Assembly: GCA_963758285.1 (NCBI GenBank)
Contig: CAVWUT010000006.1
Location: 434,327-498,326 of the forward strand
DNA length: 64,000 bases
Direction: 5' to 3'
From: Terriglobia bacterium
GTDB taxonomy: Bacteria > Acidobacteriota > Terriglobia > Terriglobales > Acidobacteriaceae
Position 1 is the stretch's first letter; every line of letters begins with the position of its first letter. Positions 38,986 to 49,778 of this stretch are shown in pieces. The notes under the pieces were generated by a model. That model was not told the origin of the DNA, ran no database searches, and saw only the letters and a program-made list of their open reading frames with translations. The translations under genes and the position numbers were made by a program.

Positions 38986-39834
38986 ATGGCCAAGCCAAGC
39001 ATCGCGATCGTTGGACCGGGACGCCTCGGAAGGACGCTGGGATCGGCATTGGCGAAGGCAGGCTATCCGGTTCAACAGATCATATCCCGGAGCAGCCCGG
39101 CGTCGGTGAGAAAGGCCCGAGAGCTGGCGAAAGAACTTGGGGCCGCGAAGGCTGTGCTTCCTCGTGTCCAACTGAAAACTGACTTGCTCTGGTTGTGTGT
39201 GCCGGACCGAGAAATCTCGGCGGTAGCGTGCAAGCTGGCCGCCCGGACAGTTCAAGTCAAAGTCGCCTTTCATTCCAGCGGCGCCTTTCCCAGCGATGAA
39301 CTCAGTGCGCTGGGAAAGCGTGGCGCGGCGATTGCATCGGTTCATCCCATGATGACGTTCGTTCGCGGATCAGTGCCGTCGTTCCAGGGAGTACCGTGGG
39401 CCGTGGAGGGAGATGTCGCAGCGCTGAGGATGGCGCGAATAATCGCACGCGACTTGGGCGGAAACTCGTTCGTTCTGGGCAAGCAAGCCAAAGCGGCTTA
39501 CCACGCCTGGGGAGCGTTCCTATCGCCGCTGCTGGTGGCCGCTCTGGTCACGTCAGAACAGGTGGCGCGAGCAGCTGGCCTTTCCGCGCCGAAAGCCCGC
39601 AAGAGGATGATGCCGATCGTGCGCCAGACCCTTGCCAACTACGCAGCTCTTGGCCCGGCGGGGGCCTTCAGCGGTCCGCTGGTCCGCGGCGATACAGAAG
39701 TCGTGCGCATGCACCTCAAGGCACTGAAAAAAACGCCGGCAGCCAGGCAAGTCTACCTGGCGCTGGCGCGATCGGCACTGCGACATTTGCCAGTCGGGCG
39801 GCGGAAACAGCTGCAGAAGATTCTGTCACGCTAA
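38986..39834 (+). CDS. Rossmann-fold / DUF2520-type putative oxidoreductase
   Basis: MAKPSIAIVGPGRLGRTLGSAL (GxGxxG). ATG 38986 preferred; the upstream part of the ORF-track ORF is a translated repeat. Confidence 0.65.
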   Translation: MAKPSIAIVGPGRLGRTLGSALAKAGYPVQQIISRSSPASVRKARELAKELGAAKAVLPRVQLKTDLLWLCVPDREISAVACKLAARTVQVKVAFHSSGAFPSDELSALGKRGAAIASVHPMMTFVRGSVPSFQGVPWAVEGDVAALRMARIIARDLGGNSFVLGKQAKAAYHAWGAFLSPLLVAALVTSEQVARAAGLSAPKARKRMMPIVRQTLANYAALGPAGAFSGPLVRGDTEVVRMHLKALKKTPAARQVYLALARSALRHLPVGRRKQLQKILSR

Positions 39835-39889
39835 ACTAAAACGACCGCACAACAGGCCCCGGTCAGCGCCAGACCCTTAACCGCTACGC

Positions 39890-40696
39890 CTAGCTCAGCA
39901 TCAATCTCCGAATATTTCGCGCGCGGCCGCTCGACTCGTCGCAATCCACTATGATGGCGCATAGGCGGACGTCTCCGCTGGCAGGCTCAAAGCGTGCCGG
40001 CATATTATTCAGGAACTTTCCGACTACGATCTCTTTCTTTACCCCAATCACGCTCTCGTAGGGTCCGGTCATTCCGACATCCGTGATATACGCCGTGCCG
40101 CCGGGCAATACGCGCTCGTCCGCCGTGGGAACATGGGTGTGTGTCCCGACCACAAGCGTTACTCGCCCATCCAGGTACCATCCCATGGCCATTTTTTCCG
40201 AGGTGGCCTCGGCGTGGAAATCCACCAGGATGACCTTGGCCTTGATTTCTTTCAGCAATTCATCGGCAATCCGAAACGGGTCGTCGTTCGACCCCATGAA
40301 TATACGTCCCTGCAGGTTCACCACAGCGTACGGGATGTTTCTTTTTGTGCCCTCAAATATGCCCCATCCTGCCGTTCCCGGCGGATAGTTGGCGGGCCGC
40401 AACACTCTCCGTGCCTGGCTGTAGGGATTCCCGTTTTCCGCTGCGAAATACTCCACCAGTTCCCGCTTGTCCCAGACGTGATTGCCGGTGGTGATCACAT
40501 CGATGCCCAGCTCGAACAGCTCTTCGACGAGCGCCGGAGTGATGCCAAATCCCCCGGCCGCGTTTTCTCCGTTGGCAATGATGAGGTCGATCTGGTGATC
40601 TTTGACCAGGCCCGGCAAACGATCCTTCACGATGGTTCGCCCCGGACTGCCGAAAATGTCGCCGATGAAGAGTAGTCGCACGCGCAATCCAATCAT
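39890..40696 (-). CDS. ymdB: YmdB-type metallophosphoesterase (TIGR00282)
   Basis: LLFIGDIFGSPGR, NGENAAGGFG, DFHAEATSEK, GTHTHVPTADE. ATG 40696. Confidence 0.85.
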   Translation of the reverse strand: MIGLRVRLLFIGDIFGSPGRTIVKDRLPGLVKDHQIDLIIANGENAAGGFGITPALVEELFELGIDVITTGNHVWDKRELVEYFAAENGNPYSQARRVLRPANYPPGTAGWGIFEGTKRNIPYAVVNLQGRIFMGSNDDPFRIADELLKEIKAKVILVDFHAEATSEKMAMGWYLDGRVTLVVGTHTHVPTADERVLPGGTAYITDVGMTGPYESVIGVKKEIVVGKFLNNMPARFEPASGDVRLCAIIVDCDESSGRARNIRRLMLS

Positions 40697-40787
40697 CGCT
40701 CCCAGACGTTCCTGTCCTGGGCCGAACTTTCGATGGTAACACGCACACCTGAGCGGCAAACGCCGGCGGGCGAGGTTAGGGCTGAGT

Positions 40788-42305
40788 TTAGCGGGCCAAC
40801 GTAGCAGTTTTCAGGAAGTCGTAATTTCCCGGAGGATTGAGCGTCAGATTGCGCACGCGCTTAGTCGCCACCATCACGTTGTCGATATACCACAGATTGA
40901 TGTAGGGCACTTCGTCGGCCAGACGCTGCTGAATTTCCGCATAGAGCTGCTTGCGGGTGTTGATGTCCAGTTCGCTTCGGGCGCGGTCAATCAGCTCATC
41001 CACGCGCGGATTGGCATAAAACGTCCGATTCGCGCCGTGGGGCGGAAATTTCGACGAGTGGAACACGTATTCGAAAATGTCGGGATCTTCGTTGCCTCCG
41101 ACCCAGCGCAGCGAATGCAACTGGTACTCTCCGCGGGTGACGTCGGCAAAGAAGGTGGCAAATTCGAAAGTGCGGATGTCCAAAGCGATGCCCACATCGC
41201 GCAGTTGCTGCTGGAGAACCGCGACCATCAACCGCGTGCTCTCCTCGGTGGAAGTCTTAATGGTGAGATGGAAGCGGATGCCATTTTCGGCGCGATATCC
41301 GGCCGCATCCAGCAGTTGGCGGGCGCGTTCCGGATCATGCTCGTAGTGCGCAACGTCACCGACGTAGGCCCAACTCTCCGGCGGCAGCAGGCTGTATGCC
41401 GGCCGGGCAAAATCGCGCAGCAGGTAATGGATGATCGGTTGCCGGTCGATGGCATAGGCCAGCGCCTGCCGCCCCCGCACATCTTTAAGAATGGGATCCC
41501 GTGTGTTCATCGCCAGATATCCCAGCACGGTGCCGGGCGCATGCAGCACCTGCAGGGCGTGATCTTGCCCCAGGGCCAGGACCATATCGCCGGTGAAGGC
41601 GTTGATCGCGATATCCGCGCTGCCCTTGCGCAATTCCAGGGCTCGCGTGGTGGCGTCAGGTATCACCGAGAAGCGCACCTGCTTCACTTGCGGGATTGCG
41701 CCCCAATAGCTGTCATTGCGCTCAACAATGACCTCTTTGTCCAGCTCCGCGCTGACAAATCGGAATGGACCTGAGCCTATGGGATGCTGGCTGATTTCGG
41801 TCTTGCTGTCGTAGGGCACGACTCCGATCGCGCCGTCGGAAAGGTTCCACAGCAACGTTGCGAAAGGCTCTTTCAGGTGAAAAACGACGGTGAAATCGTC
41901 GGGAGCATCGATGCGGTCAACATAATGGTACGTGGCGGCCTTGGTGCTGCGGATGGTTCCTTGCAATAGGGAATCGAACGTCCACTTTACATCGCGGGAG
42001 GTTAATGGACGGCCATCATGAAACTTCACGCCGTGGCGCAGGTGGAAGACGTAAGTCTTGGGGTCAGGGACTTCCCAGCGTTCGGCTAATCCAGGCTGAA
42101 CATTGAAATGCTCGTCAAGAGTGAGCAGGTCGTCGAATATGAGATCGTCGATTCTGTAGGATTGCGCATCGAGTCCCACGCGAGGATCAAGATTGGTGGG
42201 ACTGCTTTCGATGATCATGACGAGTGTGTTCGGATCGGGGCGCCTATTTGCGCAAGAGGTAAGAAGTAAGCACGTCGCCAGCAGTAACGCAGGAGGGAAC
42301 ACCAC
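40788..42305 (-). CDS. ABC transporter solute-binding protein, family 5 (peptide/nickel type)
   Basis: Lipoprotein-like LLLATCLLLTSC then an SBP_bac_5-like body. GTG 42305 avoids the 44-nt overlap with anmK implied by the ORF-track start 42413. Confidence 0.75.
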   Translation of the reverse strand: MVFPPALLLATCLLLTSCANRRPDPNTLVMIIESSPTNLDPRVGLDAQSYRIDDLIFDDLLTLDEHFNVQPGLAERWEVPDPKTYVFHLRHGVKFHDGRPLTSRDVKWTFDSLLQGTIRSTKAATYHYVDRIDAPDDFTVVFHLKEPFATLLWNLSDGAIGVVPYDSKTEISQHPIGSGPFRFVSAELDKEVIVERNDSYWGAIPQVKQVRFSVIPDATTRALELRKGSADIAINAFTGDMVLALGQDHALQVLHAPGTVLGYLAMNTRDPILKDVRGRQALAYAIDRQPIIHYLLRDFARPAYSLLPPESWAYVGDVAHYEHDPERARQLLDAAGYRAENGIRFHLTIKTSTEESTRLMVAVLQQQLRDVGIALDIRTFEFATFFADVTRGEYQLHSLRWVGGNEDPDIFEYVFHSSKFPPHGANRTFYANPRVDELIDRARSELDINTRKQLYAEIQQRLADEVPYINLWYIDNVMVATKRVRNLTLNPPGNYDFLKTATLAR

Positions 42306-42369
42306 CGCCCTTTCGCACAAAACGCGAAAAAGGTGGGGCACCCGCGGTATAGATCCGAGGCGATGCCGA

Positions 42370-43524
42370 TCAGGCATAAGAAATCTTTCCCAGGATCGCC
42401 GGCCTTTTCGCACCGGTGGCAGAAGGAAGATTCGACGGATTGCGGCTCCAGGTCTGGTAGGCCAGCAGGGCGAAGGCGGCCGCTTCTTTGGCTTCGGCCG
42501 GCAATCCGAATTCGTCCGACAAGCGCACCGCGAGTCCCATGGGCTTTAACTCATTTACCAGCATGGCCAACAAGATGGAGTTTTTTGCGCCACCACCGGA
42601 AACGATGAATTCCTTGAAACTGGTGCCCCGCTTCGGAACGAACGTGCGTAAGGCTTGTGCGACCGACTGCGCCGTGAGCGCGGTCGCAGTGGCGACTATA
42701 TTCTGCGGATCAGTTCGACCGCACTGCCGGATAAAGTCATTGGCAAACTCGCGGCCAAACTCTTCGCGGCCCGCAGTCTTTGGAGGCTTGCGATGGAAAA
42801 ACGGCGCGCGCAATGCCTCGATCAGCACTCGTTCAATCACGTTTCCGGAAGCCGCTGTTTTTCCGTCTTGATCGTAGCGCACGCCGTACAGGCGCTCCAT
42901 CACGGCGTCGATGACCATGTTGCCCGGACCGGTGTCGAAAGCCACAACCTGGTTGGCGGAGGCTGCGGCGGGAATCACCGTCACATTGGCAATTCCGCCG
43001 ATATTTTGCACGACTCGACCGACTCGCGAATCGCGATACAGGAGAAAATCGAGAAAGGGAACCAGAGGCGCGCCCTTGCCCCCGGCGGCCATATCGGCGG
43101 GACGAAAATCGGAAACCACCGGAATACCGACCCTCGCAGCCAGCAGCGATCCATCGCCAGTTTGCCAGGTGACAGCCAGGTCTCTTCCGAGAAATCTGGC
43201 CGGCTCACCTTGATGGTAGATCGTCTGCCCATGGCAGCCTGCGAGTTCTGCTTTTAGCCGGAACCGTTTCTGGGTGGCGAGCACGGCATCGGCATACAGC
43301 TCCGCCAGAAGAAAATTCAGCCGAGCCAGATCGGCGACGCTCGCTCGCGTGGAGTTCATAGCGGTCAGGACGAAGCGGCGGACATCTTCGGGATAGGGGA
43401 ACTCGGCGTGGCCCAGAAATTTAAACTGCGGCCAACCCGCGCGTCCGCGTCCCGGCACGATTTGTACCAGCGCCACATTAATGCCGTCGGCCGAGGTTCC
43501 GCTCATAACTCCGGCAACTATCAT
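42370..43524 (-). CDS. anmK: anhydro-N-acetylmuramic acid kinase
   Basis: MIVAGVMSGTSADGINVALV... ATG 43524 overlaps the nagZ stop (ATGA). Confidence 0.9.
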   Translation of the reverse strand: MIVAGVMSGTSADGINVALVQIVPGRGRAGWPQFKFLGHAEFPYPEDVRRFVLTAMNSTRASVADLARLNFLLAELYADAVLATQKRFRLKAELAGCHGQTIYHQGEPARFLGRDLAVTWQTGDGSLLAARVGIPVVSDFRPADMAAGGKGAPLVPFLDFLLYRDSRVGRVVQNIGGIANVTVIPAAASANQVVAFDTGPGNMVIDAVMERLYGVRYDQDGKTAASGNVIERVLIEALRAPFFHRKPPKTAGREEFGREFANDFIRQCGRTDPQNIVATATALTAQSVAQALRTFVPKRGTSFKEFIVSGGGAKNSILLAMLVNELKPMGLAVRLSDEFGLPAEAKEAAAFALLAYQTWSRNPSNLPSATGAKRPAILGKISYA

Positions 43525-44627
43525 GCTTCCGCCTTGCGCTTGATGGTTTCCAGCCGCACTTGCTCGCTGAACTCCCACAACTGGCGCGAGAGTTTGTCGA
43601 CTTTCGCCGCACTGGGAGCCGGCACGCGCCGCTTCAGTTCTGCGCTTTTCTTCTTGAGTGCCAGCACACGGCCGGCTGATTCTTCGATCCGCCTGGCAAA
43701 GCTTCGGTTGCGTTCTGCTTCCCGAATGAGTGCCTCATAGGCTCGGATGACGTGTTCCACCTGATGACAGATCAGGCAAACATCTCCTCCGGCGCGGATG
43801 TGCTCGACCGCCGCTTGTTCGACCGGCGCGGCTTTCAAAACTCCGCCCATCTCGAGGTCGTCGGAAACGACCAGTCCACGAAACCCAATCTTCTTGCGAA
43901 GAATGTCCGTGATCCATTTCTTGGAAAGGGAAGCGGGAACGGATTCTCGCGTGACTGCCGGATAAGCTGCGTGCCCAACCAGCACCAGCGGGGCATTCCG
44001 GCGCAAAATGCGATAGGGAGCGAGATCCTCCGTCCACAATTTCTTCCAGGATTTGTTGACGCTCGGCAACTCATGATGAGTGTCCAGGTTCGCTTCGCCC
44101 AAGCCGGGGAAATGCTTGAGAGCGCCCAGCACTCCAGCCGAGCGCAGTCCGGCGAGGAATTCCCGGGCGTAGAGCGCGGCCTGTTCGGGATCAGGGGACA
44201 CGGTCCGCGAACTCATGACTTTTTGCGACGCCGGAAACGCCAGATCCACGACTGGAGCCAAATCCACATTGAAGCTCATCGCCCGGCATGACTCGCCGAT
44301 GATTTTGCCATGCTTTCGGAAAAGCCTGCGGTCGCCGGTGGCGAATACCTCGGCCGCAGATGGTGCCGGGCCGATCACGTTGCGGAACCGGTCAACGGGT
44401 CCGCCCTCCATATCGACGCAGGTGAATGGCGGCAGCGGCGAGGCGGCCCGGCAATCCTGCAACAGCTTGTGGGTTTGCTGCGGGGTGATAATATTCCGGG
44501 CAAAAAGGATAATCCCCGCCGGCTGCACCTGGGCCAGCAAAGCCTGAAGCCGGGGAGTAAACGCAGTGCCGTCAAAGCCGACGACCAAGAGTTGACCGAT
44601 CTGTTCTGTGGTCCGAAGTGTGCGCAC
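43521..44627 (-). CDS. nagZ: beta-N-acetylhexosaminidase (GH3)
   Basis: KHFPGLGEANLDTH and VVSDDLEMGG motifs. Confidence 0.88.
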   Translation of the reverse strand: MRTLRTTEQIGQLLVVGFDGTAFTPRLQALLAQVQPAGIILFARNIITPQQTHKLLQDCRAASPLPPFTCVDMEGGPVDRFRNVIGPAPSAAEVFATGDRRLFRKHGKIIGESCRAMSFNVDLAPVVDLAFPASQKVMSSRTVSPDPEQAALYAREFLAGLRSAGVLGALKHFPGLGEANLDTHHELPSVNKSWKKLWTEDLAPYRILRRNAPLVLVGHAAYPAVTRESVPASLSKKWITDILRKKIGFRGLVVSDDLEMGGVLKAAPVEQAAVEHIRAGGDVCLICHQVEHVIRAYEALIREAERNRSFARRIEESAGRVLALKKKSAELKRRVPAPSAAKVDKLSRQLWEFSEQVRLETIKRKAEA

Positions 44628-44634
44628 GATGCGG

Positions 44635-47283
44635 TTAGACTTCCTTCTTCAGCTCTGCCAGCAAATTCAGCGCCTCTAAGGGCGTAATCCGGTTCAGATC
44701 AACTTCGTGCAGACGCTCCAGCACCGGCTGCGAAAGCGGCGTGAAGATCGTCAGCTGCGCTGGCCGCGGGGGACGCAATTCATCGCTCGCCAGTTGATCG
44801 GTCAAGCGCTGCTCCGCGCTCTCATGCTCAGCCAGCACCTCGCGCGCCCGCACAATGACTTCACTGGGCAATCCTGCCAGCTTCGCGACTTCGATTCCGT
44901 AACTGCGGTCGGCCGCACCCGCTTCCACTCTGCGAAGAAAAACAATTCCACCCGCCGTCTCTTTCACCGACACGTGATAATTCTTTACGCCCGACAATCG
45001 TTCCGCCAGCTCGGTAAGTTCGAAGTAGTGAGTGGCAAAAAGCGTCTTTGCCCGGGTGCGTGCGTGGATGTACTCGATCGCGGCCCACGCGATGGCCAAG
45101 CCGTCGTAGGTCGACGTACCGCGCCCCACTTCGTCGAGCAGGATCAGCGAGCGCGGAGTTGCGGTATGCAGAATCGATGCAGTTTCCGTCATCTCCACCA
45201 TGAAGGTTGAGCGGCCGCGGGCCAGGTTGTCGCTGGCGCCAATCCGGGTGAACACTCGATCCACCACGCCAAGCCGCGCCGATGTTGCCGGAACAAACGA
45301 TCCCATTTGCGCCAGGATCACAATCAGCGCTGCTTGCCGCAAGTATGTCGATTTGCCTCCCATGTTCGGTCCGGTCAGCACCAGAACCGTATGGGTGGTG
45401 GAATTCAGGTAGAGATCGTTGGGGACGAAGCGGTCTCCGACTCCGCCTGCATCTTGCTGCTCAATCACGGGATGGCGTCCACCGATAATCTCGATGTCCG
45501 CTGAGTCGTCAAACTTCGGACGGCAGTAATTCCGCAGCGCCGCAACCTGGGCTAAACCCCCGAGCACATCCACCTCCGCCAGCGCCAGCGCAGTTTGCCG
45601 AATACGTTTCGCTTCGCCCGCGATCGCGTTACGAAGCTCGGCGAAAAGCCGCCGTTCGATTTCGACAATCTTCTCCTGGGCATCCAGGATTTTCGATTCG
45701 TATTCTTTCAGCTCGGGAGTGGTGAATCGTTCGGCGTTCACCAGAGTCTGCTTACGCTCGTAGTCCACAGGCGCCAGATGCAGATTCGGCTTCGAAATCT
45801 CGAGGTAGTAGCCGAAGATCGAGTTGAACTTCACCTTCAGCGATGCAATTCCCGTCCTCTGCCGTTCCCGCTGTTCAATCTGCGCCAGGAATTGCTTGCT
45901 GTTACGGCTCAGGTCGCGCAGTTCGTCCAGTTCTTTATCCACGCCGTTCTGAATCACGCCGCCATCGCTGAGCGAAATCGGGGGCTCCGGCACGATGGTG
46001 TGATCGATGCGCTGTCGCAGGTCGGTGAGTTCATCGACGCCGCTATGCAACGCCCTCAGTCGCTCGGCCGCGAAGCGTGCCAAAGCTCCGCGGAGAGCGG
46101 GCAGCTTGCGCAGCGATGCGGAGAGCGCCAGCACATCCCGCGGATTAGCGGTTTCGAGAGTGACCCGGCTGAGGAGCCGCTCGAGATCGAGGATTCCATC
46201 GAGCGCGCGCCGCAACTCTTCCCGCGCAACCATATCGCGGGTTTGCGCTTCGACGGCATCCAGGCGGGCATTGATTTCCGCCAGGTCAATCGAAGGCCGC
46301 AACATCCAAGACCGCAGCAGGCGCTTGCCCATCGGTGTCAGCGTGGCGTCAACCGAGCGGAACAGGGGAACGCCGCCATCGATTGCCGCGAAGAGAGGCT
46401 CAAGCAATTCCAGGTTGCGTACGGTGACGGCATCCAGCACGAGGCAATCGTGACGCTCATAGAAGCCGATGCGGTCAACGTGGTTGAGCGTCCCGCGCTG
46501 CGTGGAGCGCACATAGTAAAGGATTGCCCCCGCGGCCGCGGCCGCGGCGGGCTTACCGGCCAAGCCAAAGCCTTCGAGCGAGAGCACGCCAAAGTGATTC
46601 TCCAGGAGGGGAATGGCGTGATCTGGGGCGAAGACCCAATCATCGAGCGGCGTCTCGGCAAAGCCGAGCACAGCGGTTGCCGTCGGACGAGCGGGCTTGG
46701 CGGGATCCGTTTCCACTGTACCCTGTCTCTCAAACAATGGCGCTGCCGAGCCGTAGATCAGCTCCTTGGGCTTAAGCTGTTGCAGTTCATCCTGAATTCG
46801 CAGCGCCGCATCTTTGCCGTGAAACTCGGTAGCGCGGAATTCGCCCGTAGAAAGGTCCAGCGCGGCAAATCCAACCCGGTCTGCCGTCTGCGCCAGCGCC
46901 GCCAGGAAGTTGTTCTCTTCGGAACTGAGTGAAGAATCCGCCGCCGTCCCAGGCGTGATCACCCGGGTTACCTCGCGGCGTACCAACTTCTTCGCCAGCC
47001 GTGGATCTTCCACCTGATCGCAGACTGCGACCTTGAATCCTCTGCGAATAAGCTTTGCAATGTATCCCTCTGCGGCGTGGTAAGGCACGCCACACATGGG
47101 GACCGCGATTCCTTTTTCCTTATTGCGCGAGGTAAGAGTGATTTGCAGTTCGCGCGCGGCCAGCACCGCATCCTCGAAAAAAAGCTCATAAAAGTCACCC
47201 AACCGGAAGAACAGCAGGGCGGTGGGATGCTCTTTCTTGATGGCAGCGTATTGCCGCATCAACGGAGTGGAAGGTTCAGTCAT
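44635..47283 (-). CDS. mutS: DNA mismatch repair protein MutS
   Basis: N-terminal TPLMRQY...GDFYELF, Walker [22 protein letters not shown]. Confidence 0.97.
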   Translation of the reverse strand: MTEPSTPLMRQYAAIKKEHPTALLFFRLGDFYELFFEDAVLAARELQITLTSRNKEKGIAVPMCGVPYHAAEGYIAKLIRRGFKVAVCDQVEDPRLAKKLVRREVTRVITPGTAADSSLSSEENNFLAALAQTADRVGFAALDLSTGEFRATEFHGKDAALRIQDELQQLKPKELIYGSAAPLFERQGTVETDPAKPARPTATAVLGFAETPLDDWVFAPDHAIPLLENHFGVLSLEGFGLAGKPAAAAAAGAILYYVRSTQRGTLNHVDRIGFYERHDCLVLDAVTVRNLELLEPLFAAIDGGVPLFRSVDATLTPMGKRLLRSWMLRPSIDLAEINARLDAVEAQTRDMVAREELRRALDGILDLERLLSRVTLETANPRDVLALSASLRKLPALRGALARFAAERLRALHSGVDELTDLRQRIDHTIVPEPPISLSDGGVIQNGVDKELDELRDLSRNSKQFLAQIEQRERQRTGIASLKVKFNSIFGYYLEISKPNLHLAPVDYERKQTLVNAERFTTPELKEYESKILDAQEKIVEIERRLFAELRNAIAGEAKRIRQTALALAEVDVLGGLAQVAALRNYCRPKFDDSADIEIIGGRHPVIEQQDAGGVGDRFVPNDLYLNSTTHTVLVLTGPNMGGKSTYLRQAALIVILAQMGSFVPATSARLGVVDRVFTRIGASDNLARGRSTFMVEMTETASILHTATPRSLILLDEVGRGTSTYDGLAIAWAAIEYIHARTRAKTLFATHYFELTELAERLSGVKNYHVSVKETAGGIVFLRRVEAGAADRSYGIEVAKLAGLPSEVIVRAREVLAEHESAEQRLTDQLASDELRPPRPAQLTIFTPLSQPVLERLHEVDLNRITPLEALNLLAELKKEV

Positions 47284-47388
47284 TTCCGGCGGCGTTGCGC
47301 GGATTATAACAAACGGAGAGCGCGCCCTTTTGTGTCGGATGACAGAGCATAGTTGACGGCTTTCCTCTAAGGTGTTTTCCTAATCGCT

Positions 47389-48384
47389 ATGGAACTTCGC
47401 AAAGACCCCATCACCCGTTCCTGGGTCATCACGGGAGATGATGTTTCCGATGCCGCCCCGGCTTCTGAGATTACTTGCCCCTTCTGCGCGGATTCCGCGA
47501 ACCCGTTGCAGGTGGTCTCCAGTCTGGCCGGACCTCCGGGCACACCCTGGTCGGCTCGCGCCGTGGTGCATCCTTATGCGCTGTATCACGTGGAAGGGGA
47601 AGCCGCCCGCCGCGGCGACGGCATTTACGACCGCATGCGGCCCATCGGCGCCCATGAAGTGCTGGTGGAAAATCCCCGCCACGACCGCGATTTGTGGAAC
47701 GCGAGTGATGCGGAAATCGAGCAATTCCTGTTGCTCGTCGCACAGCGCATCCAAGATCTGAAAAAAGACTCGCGACTCAAATACATCAGCATTTTCAAGG
47801 ACCACGGCCACAGCGCGGGCCAGGAGTTCGAACATCCCCACTTTCAACTCACCGCAACCACCTTCGTTCCGCGACGTGTGCTGTATGAGCTGCGGGCGGG
47901 ACGCGAGTACTTTCAGACGAAAGAACGTTGCGTTTTCTGCGACATTATCGCGCAGGAAATGCGTCAGGACTTGCGGCTGGTGGAAGTGCGTGGGGATTTC
48001 ATTGCCACTTGCCCCTATGCGCCGCGAGTCCCCTACGAGACCTGGATTCTGCCCCGCACCCACGAAGCTTCCTTTGAGCGCTCCGGCGGGAACCGGTCCG
48101 GGACGTTACAGGATCTGGGATCCCTTTTGCGCCGCACCCTGCAACGGATTCGCAGCCTCACCGAGGATTTCCATCTGGTCTTGCATACCTCGCCGAACAG
48201 TCTGCATGGCTCGGGCACTTTGGGATACTGGAAGACTTTGGAAGATGATTATCACTGGCACATCGAGATACTGCCCGTTGTGGGGTCGAAAGCGAAGTCG
48301 TACACCTTCAAGGAGGTTTATTACTCACCCATCGGTTCGGAGACCGCTGCCAAACGACTGCGCGAAGCCAGAATCGATTCCTAG
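47389..48384 (+). CDS. GalT-family (HIT superfamily) nucleotidyltransferase-like protein
   Basis: CPFC near the N-terminus and histidine motif EHPHFQL. Exact substrate unknown. Confidence 0.7.
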   Translation: MELRKDPITRSWVITGDDVSDAAPASEITCPFCADSANPLQVVSSLAGPPGTPWSARAVVHPYALYHVEGEAARRGDGIYDRMRPIGAHEVLVENPRHDRDLWNASDAEIEQFLLLVAQRIQDLKKDSRLKYISIFKDHGHSAGQEFEHPHFQLTATTFVPRRVLYELRAGREYFQTKERCVFCDIIAQEMRQDLRLVEVRGDFIATCPYAPRVPYETWILPRTHEASFERSGGNRSGTLQDLGSLLRRTLQRIRSLTEDFHLVLHTSPNSLHGSGTLGYWKTLEDDYHWHIEILPVVGSKAKSYTFKEVYYSPIGSETAAKRLREARIDS

Positions 48385-48415
48385 GGACCGGGATATTGGT
48401 TCACTTGAGGTGGCC

Positions 48416-48778
48416 ATGAATGTGCGACGCATCAAGACCTACACCGGCAATCAGGGCTATGTGTACGAATACTACTTCGTCGGGAAGCGTTCCGCACTTC
48501 CCGGCGATGCCGAATCAGCAGCGACGGAGTACATTTTCGATGTGAGTACGGACCGCAAGACCAAGTTCGCGGTCAGCATTTTTCTGCTGGACAAAGCTGT
48601 GAAAACCTGGTCGGCAAGTCACGGCCGGACGCTCAGCGACGCCGAGCAGTACGGGGCAGTGAAAATGAGGCTGTTCCAGGCGTTCGATGAGGTCGAGAAT
48701 ATGCAAGCCGACGGACGCCGGTTGGACCTCCATGCCGAAGCGTTGGAGGAGGTGCTGGCGAGGCTGGGCATTGACTGA
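48416..48778 (+). CDS. hypothetical 120-aa protein
   Basis: GAGGTGG RBS before ATG 48416. Protein-like MNVRRIKTYTGNQGYVYEYYFVGKR... The ORF-track ORF 47876..48778 is its out-of-context 5' extension over galT. Confidence 0.5.
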   Translation: MNVRRIKTYTGNQGYVYEYYFVGKRSALPGDAESAATEYIFDVSTDRKTKFAVSIFLLDKAVKTWSASHGRTLSDAEQYGAVKMRLFQAFDEVENMQADGRRLDLHAEALEEVLARLGID

Positions 48779-48962
48779 GTCCGTTGCAGAAAGGCCAGAG
48801 GACTTTGCCGGAGATCGCAAGGCTAAAACTGGGGACCCCGCCGTTGTGATCTCCGTCACACGGCCCAGTGATAAGGCCCGCAGTCTTCGGCCTCGCCGGC
48901 GCGGCAGACTATAATCACGCGGTGGGGGAGAAGTTTTACCCAGGAAGGTAACAAGCTTCATC

Positions 48963-49778
48963 ATGTCTATACTGTGGTTGCGAGTAGCGCTGGGTTGTTA
49001 CGCCGTCGGCCTGCTGTATGCGTTGGTGGCGCTGACCCGGATTAGCGATCTCCTGAGCCGCCTGGCTCTGCACGCTGCCTACCTGGGTATGGTCTTCCAT
49101 TTTGTTTCGCTGGCCGAGGCTTTCCTTAGTTCAAGCCAGGTCGCCTTGGCTTCCGCCCACAACGCGGAATCCGTGCTTGGCTTTCTTATCATGGTCGTGT
49201 TCATGCTGGTGTATGGCGTGTACAAGACGACGGCCCCGGGGATTATCGTATTTCCGGTTGTTTTCTTGCTGACTTTCATCTCGGCCACCGGCGAGAAGCC
49301 ATTCCTGGTAACCTCATCCGGTCTGCATTACGGTTGGCTTTTCGCACACATTGCTTTGATCTTTACCGGCTACGCTGCCCTGATCCTCAGTTTCTGCGCC
49401 AGCGTACTTTACCTGATCCAGGAACGCTCGCTGAAATCGAAACGTCCGACCGGCATTCTGGCTTTGCTGCCCGCACTGGAAACCATCGACGAGATCGGTT
49501 TCCGCTCCCTGCTCTTAGGTTTTCCGTTTATGACCCTGGGCTTGATCGCGGGCTCAGTGGTTGCCCAGGCAAAATTTGGCCGTGTGGACCTGCTGGATCC
49601 TAAGATTCTGCTCTCGCTGCTGATGTGGGCGGTGTATCTGATTCTGCTGTACACCCGCTGGAGCGCCGGCTGGCGTGGCCGCCGGGCTGCCTACCTGGCC
49701 GCGGGGGCGTTTGTCTTCGCCCTGATTGCCTGGTTCGCTAACTATTTCAGCGCCATTCACAGGTTTGCACGCTCATGA
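48963..49778 (+). CDS. CcsA/HemX-like cytochrome c assembly family membrane protein
   Basis: 8 hydrophobic helices. Stop overlaps the hemA start (ATGA), the same gene pairing as hemA-hemX in Bacillus though in the opposite order. Confidence 0.65.
   Translation: MSILWLRVALGCYAVGLLYALVALTRISDLLSRLALHAAYLGMVFHFVSLAEAFLSSSQVALASAHNAESVLGFLIMVVFMLVYGVYKTTAPGIIVFPVVFLLTFISATGEKPFLVTSSGLHYGWLFAHIALIFTGYAALILSFCASVLYLIQERSLKSKRPTGILALLPALETIDEIGFRSLLLGFPFMTLGLIAGSVVAQAKFGRVDLLDPKILLSLLMWAVYLILLYTRWSAGWRGRRAAYLAAGAFVFALIAWFANYFSAIHRFARS

Noticed and set aside
45595-46932. 445-aa ORF opposite mutS
   Set aside because: This is a shadow ORF. Similar cases are 49850..51112 (opposite hemA), 27469..28551 (opposite the membrane protein), 24324..25298 (opposite M28) and 37074..38003 (opposite polX).
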